A DNA stretch of 63,199 nt, from positions 1 to 63,199 of the forward strand of contig WJKR01000037.1 of NCBI GenBank assembly GCA_014729015.1. Direction: 5' to 3'. The position numbers were made by a program, and so were the translations under genes. This DNA comes from Candidatus Woesearchaeota archaeon. GTDB taxonomy: Archaea; Nanobdellota; Nanobdellia; Woesearchaeales; WJKR01. The notes beneath the pieces were generated by a model that saw only the letters and a list, made by a program, of their open reading frames with translations, searched no databases and had not been told where the DNA came from. Of the stretch, positions 50,801-57,402 are shown one piece after another (positions within the stretch are counted from its first letter, which is position 1; each line of letters begins with the position of its first letter).

Positions 50801-50939
50801 ACCCTCGCTCGGCCGGTTCACCTCCTTCCACCAGGAGATTCCTGACGAGTACCAGCTAGTGATAGACATCCTCGGAAGGTATTACAGCGGCTACTTCCCC
50901 ATGCCCCTGTTGGAAGAATCGCCGGACCCACCCGCATAA
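47862..50939 (+). CDS. pilin-like N-terminus fused to peptidoglycan amidase (Amidase_2), SLT-like and FN3-like domains (1025 aa)
   Basis: - The N-terminus is NNKKGVIQNSLIAIGFLIAVTIV.
- Amidase_2 motifs: YIVVHYTV, YHYVIDHDGTVYQ, AQHAG, PSIGISFAN, IMHSDV..KVDPGPDF (~48480-48960).
- SLT-like segment: ALIKAVILQSSGARP..GNLGLMQLLP...DPEKNICCGTALLAGL (~49108-49570).
- FN3-like segment: ELQWTPV...YKVYC...LYVAVTAVDGAGQ (~50335-50710). Confidence 0.8.
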   Translation: MNTMRAKHLNNKKGVIQNSLIAIGFLIAVTIVATSYLIAKSSLDEKPIGMAQSAVLQIAHEGDKAVAYLDQAVSMAENTAVKDFTQQGGMVMDFEDGTYLCGSFMNRTYLYTQGQDCIPNPSKTFQYFFDAALFTSLSAHKTYPYPSFITTIVDDNDKTVITGQATEPFTFTFGGGGKAAFKLMGKEPFIPDYLGAQQPVTLNYFNRGGTPVSYIVVHYTVTDTAMRAIDVLRRRGLSYHYVIDHDGTVYQTVPESGSAQHAGCPTASYGRSYCKRTNMNRPSIGISFANMGYKTSGCDDEYQDWYQDSDVCWEPYTQRQLDSFVNLVADITQRHPALVEDGRFKESQMIMHSDVATVKVDPGPDFTRQQEDLIQRINDKMITTTRTPTKTTTTANEATIVAPTPEREARLEDYEPHIAEYGETYHVDDALIKAVILQSSGARPNHKGPEGNLGLMQLLPISTTGRSINHEFCVDRCGFSATYDEAEYYDPEKNICCGTALLAGLAKQQPLPRVCCEQDDVADCPENEDYQQPYHVAAQHYLLKTCDGCKHCVDEDYVADVMRLYEYYGGTHGQFTVDEDAAFEATYTIPLSFTTVADFDLSSYDEIAAFARSISDDCTDYPRRCVQEHVTSHNAHATHYRADTACEDNELLQSFVQHLDACSYTQDRQPCSFTLPTTSITEPFIIRINGSGVWEETLKKTLLGTRILATRPIIRREGLDYADFGSGPERTNITIYFREDRDGEQLLDFKFNGKFHDRSQDNDRPLNITTFTFFRDDEDNLIFSYEELPGSVQAPILSYLFCMEPLRQTSTANHNLSFALLLQDRVPPPVTGLQAAYTPALQVFELQWTPVTQYDDGKQVPDIAAYKVYCSEQPFTQHQPVPPSAYVASVKRSNKGFFPPAAYQQQGVMSFPLERCGGKPISNYIDDQTQTMSLLYVAVTAVDGAGQYNKTYPSVTLSADLTQALQFPPNMPEQANEVIEPSLGRFTSFHQEIPDEYQLVIDILGRYYSGYFPMPLLEESPDPPA

Positions 50940-50942
50940 ACT

Positions 50943-50952
50943 ATATAAATAA
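50943..50952 (+). promoter_or_regulatory. TATA box for RPA gene
   Basis: tatataaata lies 35 nt upstream of the ATG at 50987. An SD-like agagggtga lies in between. Confidence 0.5.
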
Positions 50953-50986
50953 GCCTGTTTTTCGCCAACCAAGAGGGTGACATCAC

Positions 50987-52147
50987 ATGCTCAACCTACC
51001 CATAGAGGACATCATACAAAAAATCACCGAAGCCACGGACAAGTCAGCGGATGACGTCAAGCAGCAGATCAAGCAGAAGCTCGACGAGCTCTCAGGCCTC
51101 ATCTCAGAAGCAGGAGCGGCGCACATCGTCGCGAACGAGCTGGGCGTCAAGCTCATGGAACCGCAAGGGCCGATCACCGTCGACAAGGTGCTGCAAGGCA
51201 TGCGCAACATCGACATCGTCGGCAAGGCGAGACAAGTCTATGAGGTACGAGAGTTCAACACGGAGAAGAGGAGCGGCAAGGTCGGCAACTTCCTCCTGAC
51301 GGACAAGACCGGCACCACCCGCGTGGTACTCTGGAATGACCACACCGAGTGCATGGAAGGCCTCGAGCCAGGGGACGTGGTCAAGATCACCGGCGCCTAC
51401 GCCAGGGAGAACAACGGCCGCGTCGAAGTACATTTAGGACGCGAGTCCAAGCTGTACAGGAACCCTGAAGGCGTCACCGTCGACGTGGACATCGATGCCA
51501 CTCCTGCGCAGACCGCGACCAAGAAGAAGATTGTTGAACTCACAGAACAGGACCAGAACGTGACCGTCACGGCCACTATCGTGCAGGTCTTCAACCCACG
51601 GTTCTTCGCCGTCTGCCCGAAATGCAACGCCCGCATAGGGGAAGATAGCACGTGCGCGACGCATGGTAACATCGAACCAACATATAATTATGTCATGAAC
51701 CTCTACCTCGACGACAGCAGCGACAACATCCGCTGCGTCCTGTGGCGCGAGCAGATCGAGCGGCTGCTTGGCAAGGACCGGGAAGCGGTGCTCGCATTCA
51801 AGGAGGCCCCCGCGGCGTTCGAGGAATACAAGACCGACCTGCTCGGCAGGATTGTCAAGGTCCGCGGCCGCGTCAAGCAAAACGAGGCGTTCGGCCGGTT
51901 AGAGCTCGTCGCCTATGATATCGACAAGGAAGTCGACCCAGAAAAAGAGGTGGCGGAGCTCCGACACCAAGAGAAAAAGCAACGGTCAGAAGTGGTGGAG
52001 AAGGAGACCGTCAACGCAACGGTCGACGATGACGACAAGGCAGAGTCGGTCACCGCCAAGCAAGAGACGACGCTCAAAGACAAGTCGTCGCCTGAGGAGG
52101 AAGTGTTCACCTTGGACGACGTCGAAGACCTGGAAGAACTGGACTAG
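50987..52147 (+). CDS. rpa: replication protein A (ssDNA-binding, OB folds plus Zn ribbon)
   Basis: OB-fold segments read NIDIVGKARQVYEVREFNTEKRSGKVGNFLLTDKTGTTRVVLWND and VTVTATIVQVF. A Zn ribbon reads CPKCNARIGEDSTCATHG. The tail is acidic. Confidence 0.85.
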   Translation: MLNLPIEDIIQKITEATDKSADDVKQQIKQKLDELSGLISEAGAAHIVANELGVKLMEPQGPITVDKVLQGMRNIDIVGKARQVYEVREFNTEKRSGKVGNFLLTDKTGTTRVVLWNDHTECMEGLEPGDVVKITGAYARENNGRVEVHLGRESKLYRNPEGVTVDVDIDATPAQTATKKKIVELTEQDQNVTVTATIVQVFNPRFFAVCPKCNARIGEDSTCATHGNIEPTYNYVMNLYLDDSSDNIRCVLWREQIERLLGKDREAVLAFKEAPAAFEEYKTDLLGRIVKVRGRVKQNEAFGRLELVAYDIDKEVDPEKEVAELRHQEKKQRSEVVEKETVNATVDDDDKAESVTAKQETTLKDKSSPEEEVFTLDDVEDLEELD

Positions 52148-52644
52148 TCATGTTCTACCTTTCTCGCCAGCACGTGGCCGAGCCATCCGAACAACGCGCC
52201 GAACAACCCGCTGATGAACGGACTGAAGACCGCGCTGATGTACGTCCCGACCTTGACTAAGGGGATGATTTCTTCTGCAGCGATCGCCTGGCCCTGCTCT
52301 GCGGCCTTTACCACCGCTTGCTCGGCGCCGAGCTCGACGACGGGCGTGAAGTTCACGATGAGCACGGCCACGCCTATCACGCCGACCACGAACCCGGTCA
52401 AGGCGCCGCTCCACGATGCCTGTCCCGCCTTCGCCTGATAATCAGCAGTCGCCACGTACCCGGCGACCAAGTACACGATGATAGGCAAGAAAAAGCCCAA
52501 CCACTGGTTCCCGAAGATGCTCATGTACGTCTCGGCAGACCGACGCAGCACGAGAGCGCCGGCGATGTTCCACAATGTCAGCACGACGACCGGCCACTTG
52601 ATGGCCTGCCAATAATACGAAAGGTCTTTCCCGGCGAACCGCAT
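52144..52644 (-). CDS. small integral membrane protein, unknown function
   Basis: Four predicted hydrophobic helices. An ATG at 52644 has SD gaggt 9 nt upstream. It lies 21 nt downstream of the permease stop, so it is probably co-transcribed. Confidence 0.6.
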   Translation of the reverse strand: MRFAGKDLSYYWQAIKWPVVVLTLWNIAGALVLRRSAETYMSIFGNQWLGFFLPIIVYLVAGYVATADYQAKAGQASWSGALTGFVVGVIGVAVLIVNFTPVVELGAEQAVVKAAEQGQAIAAEEIIPLVKVGTYISAVFSPFISGLFGALFGWLGHVLARKVEHD

Positions 52645-52665
52645 ACACACTACCTCGTACGACGA

Positions 52666-54633
52666 TTATTTATGTTTTTCTACTTCTCGCTCAAGGATGT
52701 CGATGACCTCCTCGCGCGTCTTGCCAGCCAGCTTGACGCGTAACCACTTCTTCATGCGGTTCCGCTTCAGCCAGCCACGCAGCTCCTTCCAACTCAACTC
52801 CTCATTGAACGTCCGATCGTCCACGCCCTCGGCCCAGTACAAGAGGTCGCTCAGGTTCTTCACCTCCTTGCCTCCCACCTTGAGGTACATGTCGCTCGGA
52901 TCCTCGAAGATCCTGTTGTGCTTCCTGAAATTCAAGCGCAGATAGAACCGTGACTTCATGAAGTCACGCGCGACGACCATCAGCACGAACACGATGACGC
53001 TGTACGCGACGAGCATCCATATCTCTCTCGTCAACTGCTGGTGCGTCGCTTCGAACAATAATGCCTTGCGCAACCCCTCCGACGCGATGACGTACGGGTT
53101 GAAGCTTGTGAGGGCTTGGAGCTTGTCACCTAGCGTCTCCAACGGCAATATCAGGTTGGACAAGAACAAGAAGATGCTGGCGAGGCTGATAGATATCATC
53201 GTCGCCCCTTCCTGCGAGTTCAGCACGTACCCGATGGCCATGCCGAGAATGATGAAGAACACGATGTTCAGAAACAGGATGAGCAACCCGATCGCGATGT
53301 TGCCCAGCAACGCATCCCGTAGGAAATATGTCGCGATGCTGACCAGGATGATCATTTGCGCCAGGACGACGAGGAACGAGGTCAAGAAGTTCCCGACCAT
53401 CAGCAGCTCCTCCCGGGTAGGCGTACAGAACGTCCTGAACGACGACTTGGAGCTCTTCTCCATGATGATCAACGTGCTCGACAACAGCAGCCCGATGAAC
53501 ATGACCACGAGCATCAGCAAGTAGGGGAACATGAACGTCAGCTTGCTCGTGGTTTTCGAGACGACCGGCTCGATCTTGGTCGTGATGGGCTGTGTGATGG
53601 TCTCTGACGACGTCACTTTCAGGTCGTTGATGCCGGCGTTCAACCCTTCCAAGGACGATTTCAAGTCTTCCAGCAGGCTCTTGACGGTCTGCGCGCGGTC
53701 CTTCACCTCGCCGAGCTTGTCGATGGTCTCCTCCCGGACCTCGTCAGCCTCCTCCAGCTTGTCGTTCATGTCGGCCAGGTCTTCCTCCAACGCTTCGATT
53801 GCCGAGCCGAAGTTGTCGATCGTGGTCGACTCGTCATCCTCGTTCGTCGTCATGAAGGACTCCACGTCATCGAGCGTTTCCTTGAAGTCGTCGAACGCCT
53901 CGCTCGAATATGAGGCGTCCTCGAGCTCGTCCTTCAAGTCATTGCCGTCGGTGACGAGCTGGCCCGTCTCTGTCTGCAGGTTCTGGAGCAACGTGGTCAT
54001 CTCCTCGAAGTAGATGTCGACGTCGCCGGTGTCCACCGAGATGTTGTCCAGGTCCATGCTCGACGCCTTGTCCGTCGCGTCATCAGTCTCTCCCTCAAGC
54101 CCGCTCACGCTCGCCTTGAGCTTGACCACGTCCTCAATGGCCGTGTTGATACCCTCCTCCGTGCTCCACATCACGTTCAGGATGGTGTTCGTCAAGTCCT
54201 TGGAGAGCTCAGCGGTCTCCACGCCCAGGTTGGTGGAGACGGTCTCGATGATCTGGTAGACGAAGTTAGTCCTTGACGGGTCCACGTAGAAGATGATCTC
54301 GTTCGTCTTGTTGTTCTGGATGGTGAAGTTCTCCGGGAACAGTATGCATGTCTGGATGCTGCCCTGCTTGATGGCGTTGGTGCACTCGTCGAGCTGGAGA
54401 TATTCCTCCACGACGAAGGCCGTGTTCTCCATGTTCTCCACGAACCGCGTCGTCAACCCCGAGTCGCTCAACGCGTAGTACCCGACGGCGAGGTCCTGCG
54501 AGGACGAAGTGGTGAACGCCAGTCCGATGAGCACGATGATGAACAGCGGGCCGAACAGGATGACGAAAGCGGAAGAGCGACTCCTAATGATCAGCAACAG
54601 ATTCTTCTTGATGACTTGTCCGAGCCTGCTCAT
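52666..54633 (-). CDS. ABC-2 type transporter permease with large extracytoplasmic coiled-coil loop (YhgE/Pip-like) and C-terminal soluble extension
   Basis: The N-terminal TM reads LLLIIRSRSSAFVILFGPLFIIVLIGLAF. A ~330-aa Asp/Glu/Thr-rich helical loop follows, then five to six C-terminal TMs. The gene is adjacent to the ABC ATPase. Confidence 0.75.
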   Translation of the reverse strand: MSRLGQVIKKNLLLIIRSRSSAFVILFGPLFIIVLIGLAFTTSSSQDLAVGYYALSDSGLTTRFVENMENTAFVVEEYLQLDECTNAIKQGSIQTCILFPENFTIQNNKTNEIIFYVDPSRTNFVYQIIETVSTNLGVETAELSKDLTNTILNVMWSTEEGINTAIEDVVKLKASVSGLEGETDDATDKASSMDLDNISVDTGDVDIYFEEMTTLLQNLQTETGQLVTDGNDLKDELEDASYSSEAFDDFKETLDDVESFMTTNEDDESTTIDNFGSAIEALEEDLADMNDKLEEADEVREETIDKLGEVKDRAQTVKSLLEDLKSSLEGLNAGINDLKVTSSETITQPITTKIEPVVSKTTSKLTFMFPYLLMLVVMFIGLLLSSTLIIMEKSSKSSFRTFCTPTREELLMVGNFLTSFLVVLAQMIILVSIATYFLRDALLGNIAIGLLILFLNIVFFIILGMAIGYVLNSQEGATMISISLASIFLFLSNLILPLETLGDKLQALTSFNPYVIASEGLRKALLFEATHQQLTREIWMLVAYSVIVFVLMVVARDFMKSRFYLRLNFRKHNRIFEDPSDMYLKVGGKEVKNLSDLLYWAEGVDDRTFNEELSWKELRGWLKRNRMKKWLRVKLAGKTREEVIDILEREVEKHK

Positions 54634-54637
54634 AGTC

Positions 54638-55909
54638 CTACCTGCCTGTTTCCCGCAACCATTCCTCGATGGAGCGCTTGTCCTCGTCCTGCTCCTCTTC
54701 TACCGGTGGCTTGCCGCCCGCATCTTCCTGTTTCTTTTCGTCCTCTTGCTTGGGGTGTTCCTTCTTCGTCTTCTTCCGCCTCTTCCTCTTTTTCCGCTGC
54801 TTCTTGGGCCGCTTCTTCTTCGCCTGCTCCTTGTTCCGCTCTTCCTTCGACAGCTCCTTCTTGCGCGCATCCTTCGGCTTCCGCGGCTCCATGCGCTTCA
54901 TCGTCCGCACGGACCGTCCCTCCTTCTCCTGGTGGTCCTCCTCCATGATAGTGATGAAGACGTCGTCCAGGGACGGCTTGCCGATGTGCAGGTCGTCGAC
55001 CTTCTCCTTGAGCTTGCTCGCCACTTTCATGACGTGCTTGGCGCAGTCCTGCGGCTTGTTCGTGTAGAAGATGAGCCCGTTGTTGAACGCCTGGCTCTTG
55101 ATGAACAGCTTGCGCGCCTCCTGCTTCATCTCCTCTTCCACCTCGTGGTACTGGCCGCCCGCCAGGCTGACCTGCACCTGGTGGTAGTCAGAGAACTGGT
55201 TCTTGATATCGTCCAGCGTGCCGATCGCGAATATCTTCCCTTCCTTGAGGATGGCGATCCTGTCGCAGACGCGCTCGAGGTCTGAGAGGTGATGGGAGGC
55301 GAGGATAATCGTGGTTTCCTTGTTGTTGATCTTCCTGATGAGGTCGTAGATGTGATTCCTGAGCACGGGGTCGAGGTCCGCGGTCGGCTCGTCCAGGATG
55401 AGCACGGCCGGGTCGTGCATCAATGCGCACGCGATGTCCAGCCGCCGTTCCATGCCGCCCGAGAGGTTCTTGCCCAACGATTTCTTCGCCAGTTCCAAGT
55501 CCATCAGGTGCAGCAGTATCTGCATGTTCGTCTTGATGGTGTGCTTCGGCATCTCGTACAGCGACGCGTAGTACTGCATGTTCTCCGTCACGGTCAGGTC
55601 GTTGTAGAACGACGGTACCTGGGACGCGAACCCGAACACGCGCTTCGCCATGGAGAGGTTCTTGTGCACGTCCTTGTACGTCGGCTCGCCGAGGGCGCGG
55701 TGCGAGGGCTCGAGCAGCACGCGGACCTCGCCGATATCAGGGTTCAAGAAGCCGATCATGACGTGCAGCAGCGTCGTCTTGCCACTGCCCGACGTGCCGA
55801 TGATGCCGATCACTTCCCCCTTGTACACGTCGAGGTTCACGCCGGAGAGCACGAGATTCTTGCCAAACGCCTTCTTGAGATTCCTGACCCTGAAGAACAG
55901 TTCTGACAA
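54638..55909 (-). CDS. ABC transporter ATP-binding protein with ~95-aa Lys-rich C-terminal tail
   Basis: Walker A is GTSGSGKTT, the signature is LSGGMERR, and Walker B is VLILDEPTADLD. I prefer a TTG start at 55909 (SD agaggtggtga). The track start at 55960 lies next to the TATA box. Confidence 0.88.
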   Translation of the reverse strand: MSELFFRVRNLKKAFGKNLVLSGVNLDVYKGEVIGIIGTSGSGKTTLLHVMIGFLNPDIGEVRVLLEPSHRALGEPTYKDVHKNLSMAKRVFGFASQVPSFYNDLTVTENMQYYASLYEMPKHTIKTNMQILLHLMDLELAKKSLGKNLSGGMERRLDIACALMHDPAVLILDEPTADLDPVLRNHIYDLIRKINNKETTIILASHHLSDLERVCDRIAILKEGKIFAIGTLDDIKNQFSDYHQVQVSLAGGQYHEVEEEMKQEARKLFIKSQAFNNGLIFYTNKPQDCAKHVMKVASKLKEKVDDLHIGKPSLDDVFITIMEEDHQEKEGRSVRTMKRMEPRKPKDARKKELSKEERNKEQAKKKRPKKQRKKRKRRKKTKKEHPKQEDEKKQEDAGGKPPVEEEQDEDKRSIEEWLRETGR

Positions 55910-55962
55910 CTCACCACCTCTTTTTCTCCTCCCCCGGAGTATGGTGAAGACCAGGGACAAGA

Positions 55963-55973
55963 CTTTTTAAATC
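55963..55973 (-). promoter_or_regulatory. TATA box for ABC operon
   Basis: The minus-strand sequence is gatttaaaaag, ~50 nt upstream of the proposed start at 55909. Confidence 0.4.
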
Positions 55974-55999
55974 TTTTGTTCGTCATCGACGGAAACTCA

Positions 56000-56614
56000 T
56001 CATTTCCTGACCCATTCCCACACGGCGAGGGTCAGGATGATGCACAACGCGCCTGCCAGGAACCAGAGCGCGAGCGGTGACGGGAACGGCTGCCGCGAGA
56101 CCTCTTGGAGAACGACAGGAACGGCTTCCTGCGTCGCCATACGGGCCGTTTCAGGCGCCGTCGTGGTTTTGAGGGCCTCGACCGTGCCTGCGTCGCGCGT
56201 GCCGAGCCACCCGTTGCGCAACAGGCGGCTCCCGAACTCCACGACCGCCGCCAGGCCTATCGCGACGGTCGTCAACGGCAAGAACCGTCGCAGCTTGTCC
56301 TTCAGGCTATTCTCCTCTCGAGGAGCGATGATGATGTATTTCTTCGCCAGCTTGTAATGCGGCACTTCCTTGCCCTTCCCGGAATAGTGGTACTCGTCAG
56401 CAACGATGAGTCCGCTCTGCCGCAACGCCCGGAGGTTGTAGTGCACCGTGGAGAGCGGGATGTCCATCTCCTCGGCTACCTGCGTCTCGGTCGCGTACTC
56501 CTTCCCCGTCAAGTAGTCCAGGATGGCGCGGCACGTCTCGTTGCCGATGACCTGCGCTAACCGCTTGGACTCCTGTTCCTTCAAGGAGAGGAGCATGAAC
56601 GATTCTTCAGCCAT
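56000..56614 (-). CDS. membrane-anchored ArsR/wHTH family transcriptional regulator
   Basis: A wHTH is present: RLAQVIGNETCRAILDYLTGKEYATETQVAEEMDIPLSTVHYNLRALRQSGLIV. Two C-terminal hydrophobic helices follow. The ATG at 56614 lies ~25 nt downstream of the TATA ggtttatagg (56638-56647). Confidence 0.75.
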   Translation of the reverse strand: MAEESFMLLSLKEQESKRLAQVIGNETCRAILDYLTGKEYATETQVAEEMDIPLSTVHYNLRALRQSGLIVADEYHYSGKGKEVPHYKLAKKYIIIAPREENSLKDKLRRFLPLTTVAIGLAAVVEFGSRLLRNGWLGTRDAGTVEALKTTTAPETARMATQEAVPVVLQEVSRQPFPSPLALWFLAGALCIILTLAVWEWVRK

Positions 56615-56674
56615 GTCCACCACGGAACACCTCGATGCCTATAAACCTTCTGGAGACTGCGAAAAGGATTGCGG

Positions 56675-57379
56675 TTATGCACGCAGCGTCTCCCACACGT
56701 GCTTGACGTCCCCGGCATACTTCCCGCCATGACGCCGCACGAAGGAAGGATAGGTCAAGTCGAGGAACCTCACCTCCTTGCCGTAGCGCCGCTGGATGTC
56801 GTCGAGCGCCTTCCGCTCACGGCCGTCCCACGTCACGTACTGCATGCGCACATCCTTCCCGACGGGTTGCGGCGAGCGGTACTCGATCCTCCACAGGACG
56901 CGCCACCCCTTGAGCCGCGAACGCACCCATGAGTCATACTTTCGCACCAGGCCTGACATCGCGGTCTGCCGGTGCGCTACTGGTCCCTGCTTCGCCCACC
57001 ACGCGCTCGCCAGTCCTAAAGGCTCGTCGCCTTCCGTCTTGATCAGGAAGAGCTTGGTCGGCTGCTGCCGCGTGGCGCCGCCTTTCTTCATCGGCGAGAG
57101 GACTGCCTGGCATACGTCCTTGACGCGCTCCCAAGGGATGCGCTGCCGTTCCAGGACGCCCCTGACCACGACGCCCTTCCCGGTGGCCCGCACCTTCTGG
57201 ACGATGTTGCCGATGAGCTCTGACATCAGCGTCGCCTCGAGGATGACGGTGGCCACGGCCATGACCCTGTAGAGCGCCGGCAGGTTCGGGATGCGGAAGA
57301 AGATGAGGAGGAGGAGCGCGATGGGCAGCTGCGAGGCCGCGGTCAGGATGACCGTCTGCTTATCGGGGTGGAACGCCAT
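56675..57379 (-). CDS. hypothetical membrane protein
   Basis: Two N-terminal hydrophobic helices are followed by a basic soluble domain. I recognised no motif. Confidence 0.5.
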   Translation of the reverse strand: MAFHPDKQTVILTAASQLPIALLLLIFFRIPNLPALYRVMAVATVILEATLMSELIGNIVQKVRATGKGVVVRGVLERQRIPWERVKDVCQAVLSPMKKGGATRQQPTKLFLIKTEGDEPLGLASAWWAKQGPVAHRQTAMSGLVRKYDSWVRSRLKGWRVLWRIEYRSPQPVGKDVRMQYVTWDGRERKALDDIQRRYGKEVRFLDLTYPSFVRRHGGKYAGDVKHVWETLRA

Positions 57380-57402
57380 GCGCTTTCCCTGTCTAGCGAA
57401 TA

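Noticed and set aside
52144-52147. Convergent genes (RPA and the small membrane protein) share overlapping stop codons in the palindrome CTAG.
   Set aside because: The overlap is real, but it is most simply a coincidence of tight packing. I can support no regulatory implication.
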